Positions 23,401-30,969 of a stretch of 64,000 bases of DNA are shown here, in pieces. Each line of letters opens with the position of its first letter. The stretch's first letter is position 1. Under the pieces are notes generated by a model. The model searched no databases, was not told the origin of the DNA, and saw only the letters and a list, made by a program, of their open reading frames with translations. A program made the translations under genes and the position numbers. This stretch comes from an uncultured delta proteobacterium (lineage in GTDB: Bacteria; Desulfobacterota; Desulfuromonadia; Geobacterales; DSM-12255): NCBI GenBank assembly GCA_963787125.1, contig CAWBBV010000016.1:96001-160000 (forward strand). The letters are read 5' to 3'.

Positions 23401-26400
23401 TCAAGCAGCGAGTACACCGACATTTCCGGTGTCAGCCCGCTTGCTACCTATACCTACCAGGTACGGGCCTTCCGCGGCAATTCATATGCGGACAGCAACC
23501 TGGCGTCAGTGACAATGCCCGCATATGCAGCAGCTGACGCATCTATCTGTGTGGCCGGCCAGCTCCCGAATCAACCCCAGATAACTTCAACCCCGATAAC
23601 AGTTGCCAGCGAGGGGGTTGCCTACAGCTATAACGTTGCGGCAATTGCCATGGGAAGCGGCAACAGCATTGTTGGCTTTGAGCTGGCAGTCAAGCCGAAC
23701 GGCATGACCATCAACGCTGCCAGCGGCGCAATCAGCTGGACTCCGGATTATTCCCAGGCTGGCGCCATGAATGTTACCGTGCGGGTCACTGACGCTCTTG
23801 GCGTCACCGCGATCCAGAGCTTTGTGATTGCAGTGGCAAATGACAGCCAGCTGCCGCGAATCACCTCAGCTGCCGTGACTACCTGTTTCGCGGTAACGTG
23901 CACTGTCGGCCAGATGTATAGCTATCAGGTTCTGGCCAATGATCCGGAAGGCAGCAGCCTCAGTTACAGTCTGCCTGCTGCCCCTGCAGGCATGTCGATA
24001 AGCGCCGCCGGGCTGATCTCCTGGACAGCGCAGGCCGGTGCCAACAATGTGGTTGTCACAGTCAGTAACGCCACCAAATCACTGCAGCAGAGTTTCAGTA
24101 TCCCGGTCACCCCTTATCACCCACTGGTGATCACTTCGCCCCCGAATACCAGTGCCGTCAATGGCGCCCCCTACACCTATCAGCTGACAGTCACCAATCC
24201 TGACAACTATCAACTGAACTACTCACTGCCGTCCGCCCCGGCAGGCATGACTGTTTCTGCCGGCGGCACTATCACCTGGGTGCCGGCCTCTTCACAAAGC
24301 GGCGATACGCAAGTCACAGTCCAGGTATCCGACCGTAGCAGCGCCGCTCCGGCTACCCAGACATTTATCCTGACGGTGTCTCAATACAACGTGCCGACAA
24401 TAACGGCGATTCCTGCGCAAACAGCCTCTGAAACTGTTCTGTTCAGCTACCAGGTTGCTGCCGCCGCCCCGCTTGGCGGCACGTTAAGTTATTCTCTCAG
24501 CGGCGCACCGTCCGGCATGACCATCTCCCCGGCAGGTCTCATCTCCTGGACACCCGCAAGCGGTCAGGGCGCCAACAACCTTCCGGTAACGGTAAGAGTG
24601 CAGGCAGGGAGCATCAGCGCCAACAGCTCCACCCAAATATTTACTCTCAATGCGCCCTACATCGCCTCCACTCCAGGTGTCACCCCCAGAGCCTCTGCCG
24701 GCTTTGCCTACAGCTATAGCGTCAGCGCAAACGCTGCCGGTTGCAGCGGAACCTGCACTCCGCTCAGCTACTCACTGCTTAACAGCGGCACTACCCCGCC
24801 ACCAACCGGGATGACCATTAACGCCACCTCCGGCCTGGTCAGCTGGACACCGGGAGCGGCACAGAGCGGCTACAACCCGGTAACGGTGAAAGCAGCATTC
24901 GGTTCGTCAGGGAAATTTGCCACCCAGGCATTCACCATCGCAGTTCCTGCCATCACGTCAACACCAGCGGTCACGGCAGCAGCTGGAACGGAATACGTCA
25001 CCTATATAACGGCGTCAGATCCGGCAGGAGGCAGCTTCAGCTATGCACTGACAAGCGCACCGGTCGGCATGACCGTTGACGCAGGTGGCAAAATCAGCTG
25101 GATCCCCGCAGTCGGTCAGGGGGGCAGCAGTATCGCGGTAACGGTCAAAGCGACGGTGAACGGCACTAGCCCCGCCATTTATGCTCTCCAGAGCTTCAGC
25201 CTGTCGGTGGTCGCCATCACCTCTCCCCCAACTACCACGGCACTGACCGGCTACGGCTACAGTTATCAAATCAGCGCCACCGGTACAGCCCTCACCTATA
25301 GTCTGGACTCGGCTCCTGCAGGGATGACCATCTCCTCGTCAGGGCTTGTCAGCTGGCCTAATCCCGTAACAGGAACGACTGCGGTAACGGTCAGAGTGAC
25401 TACCGGCGGCAGCGCCTATGTCACCCAAGCATATTCCCTGTCTGTGGCACAGCCGCCACCAGCGCCCCCTGCCCCGCTTCTTACTGCTCAGGGGGGACTG
25501 AGCGGCTACTGTTCGGTCCTCCATACTTTCGGTTGGAGCGCCGTCGCGCCCCAGGATACCGACCCGGTCTGGTATAACCTCCAGCTGGATACGGTCGCGA
25601 CCTTCGACAGCCCGAATCTGCAACAGTCGGGCTGGCAGACAGCAAGCAGCTGGCAAAAGGATCTCGGCTCATCCGCTCAAGCATGGTACTGGCGTGTCCA
25701 GGCACGGGACAACGGTCATCAGCAGCTGCTCACCCCGTCGCAAACAGCCACCTTCACCGAAGGGGCAATCAGCTGGGATTGCGGCTGCGATAACAGCTGT
25801 TCCAGCAGCTGTCCGCTCGTCTATTCCTGGAACGGCTCCGGTTACAGCTATGAAACCGACTTGCAAGGCCCGGCAATATCCCAGATCAAAAAAGGACTCA
25901 GAAATGTCACCCTTTATCAACCGTCATACATAACCCTGGAAGATCTGGTTCCGGATGAAAGCAGTAATTACCGGGTAAAAATATGGGAATCTCTGATTGA
26001 GGCGACGCTGCTGGATGAGGCAAAACTTTTGGCGGTGGATTATCCGGCAGGCTATCAGATAGCGTCCTCCGGGGCGGAAAACACTTATTACTACGGCTAC
26101 GTGGAACCCTTCAAAATCTACACTCTCAAAGATGATGTTCTGCCACTGACAGCGACCGACAAGAAAGGCGCCAACGTCCTGACATCACTTGTGGCGGTGG
26201 ACGACAACCCGGCGCCAATGACTGCCGATGACCCGGATAATTACTACACCCTCGATTTTGGCACGGTACAGCATCCGGAAAACGCCAAACTGGTGATTGA
26301 CGGCTGGCAGATCATCAACTCCAAGCTTTATACCTCAACCCTAACTGTCCAGCCGTATATTGAAGTTGTGGACAGCAGCGGCGCCTGGGTCAAGGTCAAA

Positions 26401-27009
26401 TCATTCGGCATGCCGATGGGCGACCTGAAAACCATGATTATCGACATGGGCAGCAAATTCCTGAGTTCCGACCACCGCATCAGGGTTCACCTGGGGATCA
26501 AGAAGGCCCAGGTCTGGGTAATCGACCGGATCAGTCTGGATGACTCCGCGCCGGTAAGCGTCACCGTTCAGGAGCTGACAGCGTCATCCGCCAATCTGCA
26601 GGCGGGAGGACATGCGATTCAGGCCATGAATACCGAACAGCACCGGATTCTGGTAAACGATGAAAGTCTTCCTCCCCATCCCGGTTATTACGGCTACGGC
26701 AATTTCACCAGATACGGTGAGGTTGGAGAGCTGCTGACAGGGCGGGATAACAAATTTGCCATCATGAATTACGCTGACAAGCTTGACTTGACCTTCCCGG
26801 GACTGCCGGCTCCTCAGCCAGGCATGGCGAGAAGCTTTATTCTCAAAGCCGACAACTATTACAAAGAGTTCAAGGAGTACAAATATCTCGAACCGCTCCC
26901 GTTCCACGGCATGAGTGATTATCCGCCGCCGGCACCGGAAGCGTACCCGACTGATGACGATCACAATCAGTACCGGCTGCTCTACAACACCAGGGTGGTA
27001 GCACCTTAA
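14476..27009 (+). CDS. Giant surface/secreted protein (~4,177 aa): beta-propeller repeats, many FN3 domains, a CBM-like domain, Ig/cadherin-like repeats
   Basis: GGAGGA RBS before ATG 14476; DxxGNVxVTG repeats; LxWxD...E.GF.IERC...Y.Y FN3 repeats; P.GMTI...G.ISWTP repeats; no CxxCH seen. Confidence 0.9.
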   Translation: MRDNGIVAMFRLLRTRHLMAPALFLGCLVLHFSASSACAGGGDILWQRADTQAGKQQATASAYDSSGNVIVTGYRNLTGSTNDDYYTVKFKADGSGVLWSAAYDRSGGSDQSNDVTVDTNNDVIVTGTIWNGINLDIHTIKYCGTTGSSSCGGKNGGEVLWEQTFNGAANGNDAAAVMSVDPANNVYVGGYSQNSSGKEDYLLLKYPAAGGAPLWQARYSGPAGYPGVNKITAMAAGASGVAVTGQSWNGTVFECATIKYDLQGNPLWPQVKRYTDGPYPCFGKVLKMDAAGNVIIAASASNGLDLDIYLAKYAAASGSQLWAATFDGRESDEPKGMVIAADGDVYITGYSSTQSGHYDFYTAKHDGASGNTIWRNIFDSGNGRTDITAESDAIVLDAAGGAVFVTGYTITGGISSFETLKYRADNGENIWQRLLNGVEGKNSRPVGLGLASGGDLLIAGWADTAASSLDYVAVKYDRGVLNPPTGLTVQTLSSTSIKLTWSDNSLNEDGFRIERCKLFNCSDFEVIKTEGAGVTTYTDILTSNDKDSYFSYRVKAFIGETSSQYTNVAQTLTTSVTAAPPAWAYSYNGLADSDDYAAAIAVGPDNNPVVTGASHDFFPGYTMGNLTWDYLTIKLDRNTNTPLWSERYDDPTSASDISTCVAVDSANIATVSGYATLNISNVDVNSLFTLRYKAPAASPQALTADQYNGPGATDDRAVAIATAVDASDNVAVVGFGKNPSGNDDIYLLKYSAAGVRLWDTTPFDNGGDDIPAAVAFAPDGSIYVTGYSEKTPRTEPRTYNFYTARHNGANGNLIWRELYSAAPPAGDNKAFSLAVDAGGDLYVSGYATNAAGNKDFYTIKYKGANTTALRLWERPVDGPGHGDDNAVGVSVDPIDGNIIVAGSSKSEAGDMDYRVIRYTPAGDTVWDKSYQKPGSSEEAGAMAIDSNGTAYLTGDSYNGTTRSSLTVAFNYLKGDIVSAILYNANGNNSSTGAIATNSVDEAFAAGYTTKSDGTTDLLVYKIAPAIPSAPAPLRAATATITSATLAWPGRSTGKDGYTLQRKFGDCSDTNPNPWGAAIPLAAAATTYADINLIPGAAYCYRLQSFRSSDATVSRWNQLNVTLPAVTAPAGLTATAATSTQVNLNWSDTSLGETGFRVERCALATCADADFIQTGAIRPANSNGFNDSDVCAATAYTYRVIAVGTGWESTPSNIFTAPATPAAAVPVLTAARASETAVSLTWTDSNSDQSGYNLERSLDGTNYTPLATGLAAALRAYSDTSATPGVANYYRLTAYKSATCGWSSPSLPKSAVTTILEPTGVTATANSTTQITLAWTDRTTSETGFKILRCSGSGCTPGEPPLFTTAANVTVYSDTAVTENTVYNYQIVATNSVLPWNSLASTKVERATPAATAPQLLAVTRISEAQLNISWSDTNSDRSGLRLWRCAGQGCSVFAQLGGVITAPLSFSDSGLLPNTSYSYYVESFKTVTTEQWAKQSGQLSATTTLLEPNSFTATVNSTTQVTLGWADRTASETGFEIWRCANPPCTASLLATVGTNVTSYPDTAACYGTVYMYQVMATNSQTPWYSSAVSLSAGVTLPTPAPPEYFTLTQLTESSVRLDWNDPNSDESGYKVERCTGTSTYCGDDDAKFTVTYPLPANTITYTNSGLAPNNSYTYRLRAYKSADCPWSLVSGTQSITATVPAPTGLTLQALSSTGIKLTWANTTLTETGFVVERCSGGSCSDFSVLTASSSIAPHGTTFTDSSACSGTAYSYRIKAKNAGLGWESGYSTTVTIATPHPSLSYPNLLLDPNFEDAASGWSAAPDGGSALGAGIDTALFFNGGKSLKVVGDVTEVMGRAQTVAVAAGQQYVLSAYVNSTLTAGAAGCNVYGSGITSDPGFSLEANDPRNNSWVNLNEVVTIPAGTTTVSVRCVTAAGSVGTVNFDALSFNKAFTVTPATINEAKISLSWPNVSTDESGYRILKCSGGVCTQTGQVGADVLTYTDSTLTPPGAANNYQVQAYKSATCGWVFPVSSITTATTMAIAPAPGSLTATANNTTQITLSWLNNSSSETGIVIERCQGAACTFDGSVLTTTGAGITTYVDTAVANGISYSYRVKAVNSALSWASAYSATVTRATPAAAAAVLAPPVAVSDTRIDLSWSDPNSDESSYLVVRDNVVIATRPANSTSYTDSSVIAGNSYTYLIRAVRTATNSWSVDSNSRTVAPSTPPPASLTIAVVSSTQLNLSWVNSTTTETEVRVERCQNAGCSSFTQIAVLAKAQPDTSYIDTAVVPGVTYRYQLMAANTTINWTSAYSTTATATATPLTVPGATTAARVSETQINLSWSATGGVSGYNIYYCSGAGCTPTILAATLASAATTTFQHPGLAVNTTYRYARTSYKSGTTGCPDSTTCQSTQSVATANTLTTLTAPSALSATAVNSTSVRLQWTNTTVSESGFVIERCTPAGACTFAEIPNTAAAQDSFWIDATVAKTTSYQYRIKAANPAWTTSATPGFTPYSNSATATTPDAGPPYPLTAVTGTNKITLTWGDNCSAGTQEEGFNLLRCSGSGCDPATDPAKIVTAYPGANATSSVSKTDMTVCSNQAYEYKVQAYNNSNHLCDFASSSLALTTATPANPQLLAVTRVNEIKLTLTWTDTTLDTASYDIYRCFGNSCSDFVKIGSKSGTPLSYDDTTILPGATYSYQIRGNGVTVSGCGQPWQTASNSISQVANINAPASLSATAVNMNRIDLAWADSDTTTAGWKIERCTGSGCTDFTELAVLSTKSPFSYADTSVAAGTTYQYRLRATGTTIVSGNSYYWVSDYSATAAAATILPLAPSALTAAMISSSQVNLAWNASSTSDLSGYALERCSGAGCMDFTQIATVTPVTATSYADTGIAPSTTFRYRLRGYKTAGGVYSSYSNIAETVTLMGAPWSLTARAIGSHAVKLSWNEIFPGQDSVTVLVQIWNGEWVQLANIAGSSSEYTDISGVSPLATYTYQVRAFRGNSYADSNLASVTMPAYAAADASICVAGQLPNQPQITSTPITVASEGVAYSYNVAAIAMGSGNSIVGFELAVKPNGMTINAASGAISWTPDYSQAGAMNVTVRVTDALGVTAIQSFVIAVANDSQLPRITSAAVTTCFAVTCTVGQMYSYQVLANDPEGSSLSYSLPAAPAGMSISAAGLISWTAQAGANNVVVTVSNATKSLQQSFSIPVTPYHPLVITSPPNTSAVNGAPYTYQLTVTNPDNYQLNYSLPSAPAGMTVSAGGTITWVPASSQSGDTQVTVQVSDRSSAAPATQTFILTVSQYNVPTITAIPAQTASETVLFSYQVAAAAPLGGTLSYSLSGAPSGMTISPAGLISWTPASGQGANNLPVTVRVQAGSISANSSTQIFTLNAPYIASTPGVTPRASAGFAYSYSVSANAAGCSGTCTPLSYSLLNSGTTPPPTGMTINATSGLVSWTPGAAQSGYNPVTVKAAFGSSGKFATQAFTIAVPAITSTPAVTAAAGTEYVTYITASDPAGGSFSYALTSAPVGMTVDAGGKISWIPAVGQGGSSIAVTVKATVNGTSPAIYALQSFSLSVVAITSPPTTTALTGYGYSYQISATGTALTYSLDSAPAGMTISSSGLVSWPNPVTGTTAVTVRVTTGGSAYVTQAYSLSVAQPPPAPPAPLLTAQGGLSGYCSVLHTFGWSAVAPQDTDPVWYNLQLDTVATFDSPNLQQSGWQTASSWQKDLGSSAQAWYWRVQARDNGHQQLLTPSQTATFTEGAISWDCGCDNSCSSSCPLVYSWNGSGYSYETDLQGPAISQIKKGLRNVTLYQPSYITLEDLVPDESSNYRVKIWESLIEATLLDEAKLLAVDYPAGYQIASSGAENTYYYGYVEPFKIYTLKDDVLPLTATDKKGANVLTSLVAVDDNPAPMTADDPDNYYTLDFGTVQHPENAKLVIDGWQIINSKLYTSTLTVQPYIEVVDSSGAWVKVKSFGMPMGDLKTMIIDMGSKFLSSDHRIRVHLGIKKAQVWVIDRISLDDSAPVSVTVQELTASSANLQAGGHAIQAMNTEQHRILVNDESLPPHPGYYGYGNFTRYGEVGELLTGRDNKFAIMNYADKLDLTFPGLPAPQPGMARSFILKADNYYKEFKEYKYLEPLPFHGMSDYPPPAPEAYPTDDDHNQYRLLYNTRVVAP

Positions 27010-27043
27010 GGCGAGCTGAATACGGGCACTCCGGGCTTATACT

Positions 27044-27077
27044 AAAAAGCCCCCCCTTTGAAAAAGGGGGGGCTTTA
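27044..27077. terminator. Bidirectional intrinsic terminator
   Basis: AAAAAGC-C7-TTT...AAAG7-CTTT hairpin between convergent genes. Confidence 0.85.
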
Positions 27078-27118
27078 ACTATCTGAAACTTCAGTTGGCG
27101 AAGAAGTGCCCAAACACC

Positions 27119-28240
27119 TTAAGGAAACTTCTGCTCCGGTGCTTCCCCGCGCTTCTCCTTGGCTTTTGCCAGCCCCGGACGGCCGAACTGGGGATGGCCT
27201 TCCTTTTGCGTCCTGCCGTTCATGATCGCCTCGGAGCGGAGTCTTCTGCCGATGGTCTTTTCCAGCTGTTTGCCGAGCGTCAGCACCCGGTCTACATCCC
27301 AGCCGTGCGCTATTCCCATCTCGTCGATCTGCACCAGCGTATCTTCCAGTGTCACCAGCCCCACATAACGGGGATCTTTATAATAGTATTCACCGGTCCC
27401 CTTTACCGGACAGTCATCAAGAAAGTTGGCAGGCTGGCCGCCAAGGCCGCCAAGGGTAGCTTCGAACCTGGTGATGCCTGCCTGCAAAGCCGCCAGCACA
27501 TTGGCAGCAGCGACTCGCTTGGTTTCGTGAAAGTGCGCCAGATGCAGGGAGGTATCGGGAATGGCGTCGAGAATCATGGAGAAATAGCGATAGACCTCAG
27601 GCGCAGAAGCGCTGCCGTCATGGTCGGCATGTTCGATGTCCGCCGCGCCGATATCGAGCCACCTTTTGGTAAACCCGACCGCGTCTTTAAGCTCGGTCGC
27701 CCCGGCAATCGGGCTCCCCCAGATAGTGCTGACCGTGCCGCACATCTTCAGGCCCGCGTCATTGCACTTTTTGATACACCGCTCCGCCTCCAGCCAGTAT
27801 TCCGGCAGGGTGCAGCCTGAGTTGGCAAAGTGGTGCTGCTCCTCGGTGGAGACCATCATCAGGAGGCGGTCAGGGCCGCGCCCCTCCGCTGCCAGGCGGA
27901 TAGCCCGGTCAACCGCAGCTTCTCTTATGGTTATTGCTGTCAGGACGATGTCGCTGTAGTTGATCCCCCGGGCAAGGCACCTTTTCCTGAAACCGTCGCT
28001 GCGCAGATGAATCAGCAGCTCTTCGGCATCGCGGAACTGGGGCATTGAGGCCGGATTACCCAGGTTGGTCACCTCGATATCGCGACAACCGGCAAAAATC
28101 AGCTCTTCCAGGTAGTAAATCTTGGCAGCGGTTGAAACAAACTTCTCCTCATGCTGAAAACCATCACGCACCGTAATATCACCGATGGTCACTTTTCTGG
28201 GCATGCGCGGAAAGATTTGCCAGTAATCGTATTCGGTCAT
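27119..28240 (-). CDS. HMG-CoA lyase-like DRE-TIM enzyme (pyruvate carboxyltransferase domain)
   Basis: DITVRDGFQHE, LAHFHET, TLGGLGG motifs. Confidence 0.8.
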   Translation of the reverse strand: MTEYDYWQIFPRMPRKVTIGDITVRDGFQHEEKFVSTAAKIYYLEELIFAGCRDIEVTNLGNPASMPQFRDAEELLIHLRSDGFRKRCLARGINYSDIVLTAITIREAAVDRAIRLAAEGRGPDRLLMMVSTEEQHHFANSGCTLPEYWLEAERCIKKCNDAGLKMCGTVSTIWGSPIAGATELKDAVGFTKRWLDIGAADIEHADHDGSASAPEVYRYFSMILDAIPDTSLHLAHFHETKRVAAANVLAALQAGITRFEATLGGLGGQPANFLDDCPVKGTGEYYYKDPRYVGLVTLEDTLVQIDEMGIAHGWDVDRVLTLGKQLEKTIGRRLRSEAIMNGRTQKEGHPQFGRPGLAKAKEKRGEAPEQKFP

Positions 28241-28435
28241 TTACAACGCCTCCTTACTCATCTGCATGCTTTTAAGTAGAGGCAAACTTTACTATACTAT
28301 TACCAAACTTTGCAAGTTGATTCAGCGTTTTTCATAACAGCTTTCTACTTTCACAAAACATAGCCATTACCCACCACGACTGCCCCCTCTGATTATTAAC
28401 GCAAATCAAATTCACTCCAATAGCAGGGAATAAGT

Positions 28436-28520
28436 GGGACATTGTTAAGATTGCAAACTTAATCGCAGAAACAATATGAAGTAAACCAACTTAGCTCCCC
28501 CTTGCCCTCGTACCCCTAGC
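28436..28520. mobile_element. Degenerate miniature (end-only) copy of the RAYT element
   Basis: GGGACATTGTTAAGATTGCAAACTTA resembles the element left end; AACCAACTTAGCTCCCCCTTGCCCTCG resembles its right end (AACCAACTTAACTACGTCCCCCTAGCCTCTCG). Confidence 0.7.
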
Positions 28521-28639
28521 CCTCATTTATCCATAATATCCAAAGCCGAATTACATTGGAATTGACTGCCGTTCATTTTAGGTGTTATCGTTACCGCAGA
28601 TTTTGACAAAATTCTAACGGCATTTAACAGGATACAAGC

Positions 28640-28909
28640 ATGATTTCTGAAAATGACAGGGCGATAATCACGCAATTTGCGAAGGAATTCAATGTCACCT
28701 CCGTTGTTGTTTTCGGATCATCTCTAAGTAACGGCATCGATGCACATGACATAGATCTTGGTGTTAAAGGGCTGGATCCACGCAGTTTTTTCAAGTTTTA
28801 TGCAGCATTATTCAAGCATCTGACCAAACCGGTTGACCTTGTAGATCTTTCACGAAAATCTGCATTTAATGAGCTTATTGAAGAATCAGGTGTCAAAATT
28901 TATGGATAA
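28640..28909 (+). CDS. Minimal nucleotidyltransferase (MNT) antitoxin
   Basis: VVFGSS...DAHDIDLGV...VDLVDL motifs; overlaps a HEPN gene. Confidence 0.88.
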   Translation: MISENDRAIITQFAKEFNVTSVVVFGSSLSNGIDAHDIDLGVKGLDPRSFFKFYAALFKHLTKPVDLVDLSRKSAFNELIEESGVKIYG

Positions 28910-29279
28910 TCTGCCGAAGCAGATAGCAGCAGAGATGGAGAATGTCGAAACTGCGCTTCGCAATCTGGAAGAAACTCTGAAGAGAGAAGCCAAAACTGTC
29001 GTAGAACTCGCCGCAATAGGCACCTTCCTGCACAATATCTACAACGGAATTGAAAACATCCTCAAGCAGTCCTTGAAGTCCAGGAATATCCGGCTAGAAA
29101 GGGGAGACCAATGGCACAAGGAACTGCTGGTTCTTTCCGTCAAAAATAACATTTTAAGCAACGAGCTTGCTGATGAGCTTTACGAATACCTGTCATTCAG
29201 GCACTATTTTGTTCATGGACGTGAGGGGGACGTTGTTAAGTTTGGACGTGAGGGGGACGTTGTTAAGTTTGCAAACTAA
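28902..29279 (+). pseudogene. HEPN (HepT-like) RNase toxin, C-terminally truncated by repeat insertion
   Basis: LHNIYNGIENIL...WHKELL...FRHYFVHG (RX4H), then switches at ~29217 to repeat-derived (GREGDVVKF)x2. Confidence 0.8.
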
Positions 29280-29879
29280 CCACAACGGTCTGTAATTCAT
29301 GGCTCCTCTTATATATCTCTTCGCCCCTTCGCGCTGCAAGACTGACTCCGGCTCGACTGATGTTCAACATTCTTGCTACCGATGCGCCACTTATCCCCAT
29401 TTTTATGACAGCAACATAGCACAATGCGCCCCTGGCATCGGATAGCTCTTTTCGCTTGCCCCCTTGCCGCAGTGACGCCGGTTCTATGGAAAACATTGAC
29501 GCAATGGTTCTGATAATTTCTTCCAGTGATACTCTGCCAGGTGCAATGTCGGTGGTTTCCGTTACCTGTTGCAGTTGCTCCACAAAACTGCCGCTACCGA
29601 GAATCCTTCCATCGTATGCTTCATACTCTTCTGATCCTGACAGCTTAAGTGATCGACGCAATCCTCCACCAACCAACTCATCCCTTTTCCCCTGCTTTAT
29701 TCCGTCGTCGACAAAGGTACGATATTGTTTCCGTGCGCGCCCCTTTTTGCTGTCGAACATCTGGAGCACCTCTTCTTCGTTCTGTCCCGCAAATTCTCCA
29801 TTCCCCATAATGACAGCATGGCCAGACCATTTGTACGAGTCAAGAACGTCAATGGATTCAGCCAGACCGACCCGCAAGG
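29217..29879. repeat. Nested tandem partial duplications of the RAYT element 3' end (27-bp and 636-bp units)
   Basis: GGACGTGAGGGGGACGTTGTTAAGTTT starts at 29217, 29244 and 29880; 29244-29879 matches 29880-30515 with one difference spotted (T29650 vs G30286). Confidence 0.92.
29263..29877 (-). pseudogene. 5'-truncated duplicate of the RAYT transposase (lacks HUH motif and catalytic Tyr)
   Basis: Protein identical to the C-terminal ~203 aa of 29899-30885. Confidence 0.88.
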
Positions 29880-29898
29880 GGACGTGAGGGGGACGTTG

Positions 29899-30885
29899 TT
29901 AAGTTTGCAAACTAACCACAACGGTCTGTAATTCATGGCTCCTCTTATATATCTCTTCGCCCCTTCGCGCTGCAAGACTGACTCCGGCTCGACTGATGTT
30001 CAACATTCTTGCTACCGATGCGCCACTTATCCCCATTTTTATGACAGCAACATAGCACAATGCGCCCCTGGCATCGGATAGCTCTTTTCGCTTGCCCCCT
30101 TGCCGCAGTGACGCCGGTTCTATGGAAAACATTGACGCAATGGTTCTGATAATTTCTTCCAGTGATACTCTGCCAGGTGCAATGTCGGTGGTTTCCGTTA
30201 CCTGTTGCAGTTGCTCCACAAAACTGCCGCTACCGAGAATCCTTCCATCGTATGCTTCATACTCTTCTGATCCTGACAGCTTAAGGGATCGACGCAATCC
30301 TCCACCAACCAACTCATCCCTTTTCCCCTGCTTTATTCCGTCGTCGACAAAGGTACGATATTGTTTCCGTGCGCGCCCCTTTTTGCTGTCGAACATCTGG
30401 AGCACCTCTTCTTCGTTCTGTCCCGCAAATTCTCCATTCCCCATAATGACAGCATGGCCAGACCATTTGTACGAGTCAAGAACGTCAATGGATTCAGCCA
30501 GACCGACCCGCAAGGGATTAAGGTGAATATAGCGGACCAGCTCAAGAAGATAGGAGTCTTCCTCGCAGACGATTGATTTGTAGCGGTTATGAAAGAGATG
30601 CCCGCTACGGTGATGGCGAAGGTTGAAGACAACTGCATAGCCTGTCAACAGACGACGCATGAATGTGGAAAGCTTGGTTGATTGGGGGCGAAGGAGTAGG
30701 TGGAAGTGATTGGACATGAGCGCCCAGGCAAGACATTCGGTTCCGGTAGAGACAAGAAGCTTCGACAAGCGTTCAACAAACAGAGCTTTGTCTTCGTCAT
30801 CGAGAAATATGTCACGTTTTTCGATGCCACGCACCATCACATGCTGGAGAAGACCGGGGATGTCGATACGGGCTGTTCTTGGCAT
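29899..30885 (-). CDS. REP-associated tyrosine transposase (RAYT, Y1 HUH) with C-terminal HTH domain
   Basis: MPRTAR...HVMVRG...LMSNHFHLL (HUH)...GHLFHNRYKS...RYIHLNP (catalytic Tyr)...YKWS. Confidence 0.92.
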   Translation of the reverse strand: MPRTARIDIPGLLQHVMVRGIEKRDIFLDDEDKALFVERLSKLLVSTGTECLAWALMSNHFHLLLRPQSTKLSTFMRRLLTGYAVVFNLRHHRSGHLFHNRYKSIVCEEDSYLLELVRYIHLNPLRVGLAESIDVLDSYKWSGHAVIMGNGEFAGQNEEEVLQMFDSKKGRARKQYRTFVDDGIKQGKRDELVGGGLRRSLKLSGSEEYEAYDGRILGSGSFVEQLQQVTETTDIAPGRVSLEEIIRTIASMFSIEPASLRQGGKRKELSDARGALCYVAVIKMGISGASVARMLNISRAGVSLAARRGEEIYKRSHELQTVVVSLQT

Positions 30886-30891
30886 AGCGAG

Positions 30892-30920
30892 AAATTAGCA
30901 TGTAAATACTGGTTAGTCAA
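30892..30920 (-). promoter_or_regulatory. Candidate RAYT promoter, probably giving a leaderless mRNA
   Basis: Minus strand TTGACT-17 bp-(TGc)TAATTT, then 6 nt to the ATG; no Shine-Dalgarno sequence. Confidence 0.55.
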
Positions 30921-30969
30921 CCAACTTAACTACGTCCCCCTAGCCTCTCGTGCGTGGTATATTTGGATC

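Larger units (their letters stand above)
29888..30940 (-). mobile_element. RAYT element bounded by 20-bp imperfect inverted repeats
   Basis: Left GGGGGACGTTGTTAAGTTTG (29888-29907); right CCAACTTAACTACGTCCCCC (30921-30940); 18/20 complementary. Confidence 0.8.

Noticed and set aside
29244..29879. 636-bp duplication as a pure assembly artefact
   Set aside because: It shares an exact anchor with the 27-bp unit and has a substitution relative to the full copy; artefact is disfavoured but not excluded without reads.
29217..29907. 27-bp direct repeats as a CRISPR array
   Set aside because: No unique spacers of regular length and no cas genes; the repeats are starts of tandem duplications.
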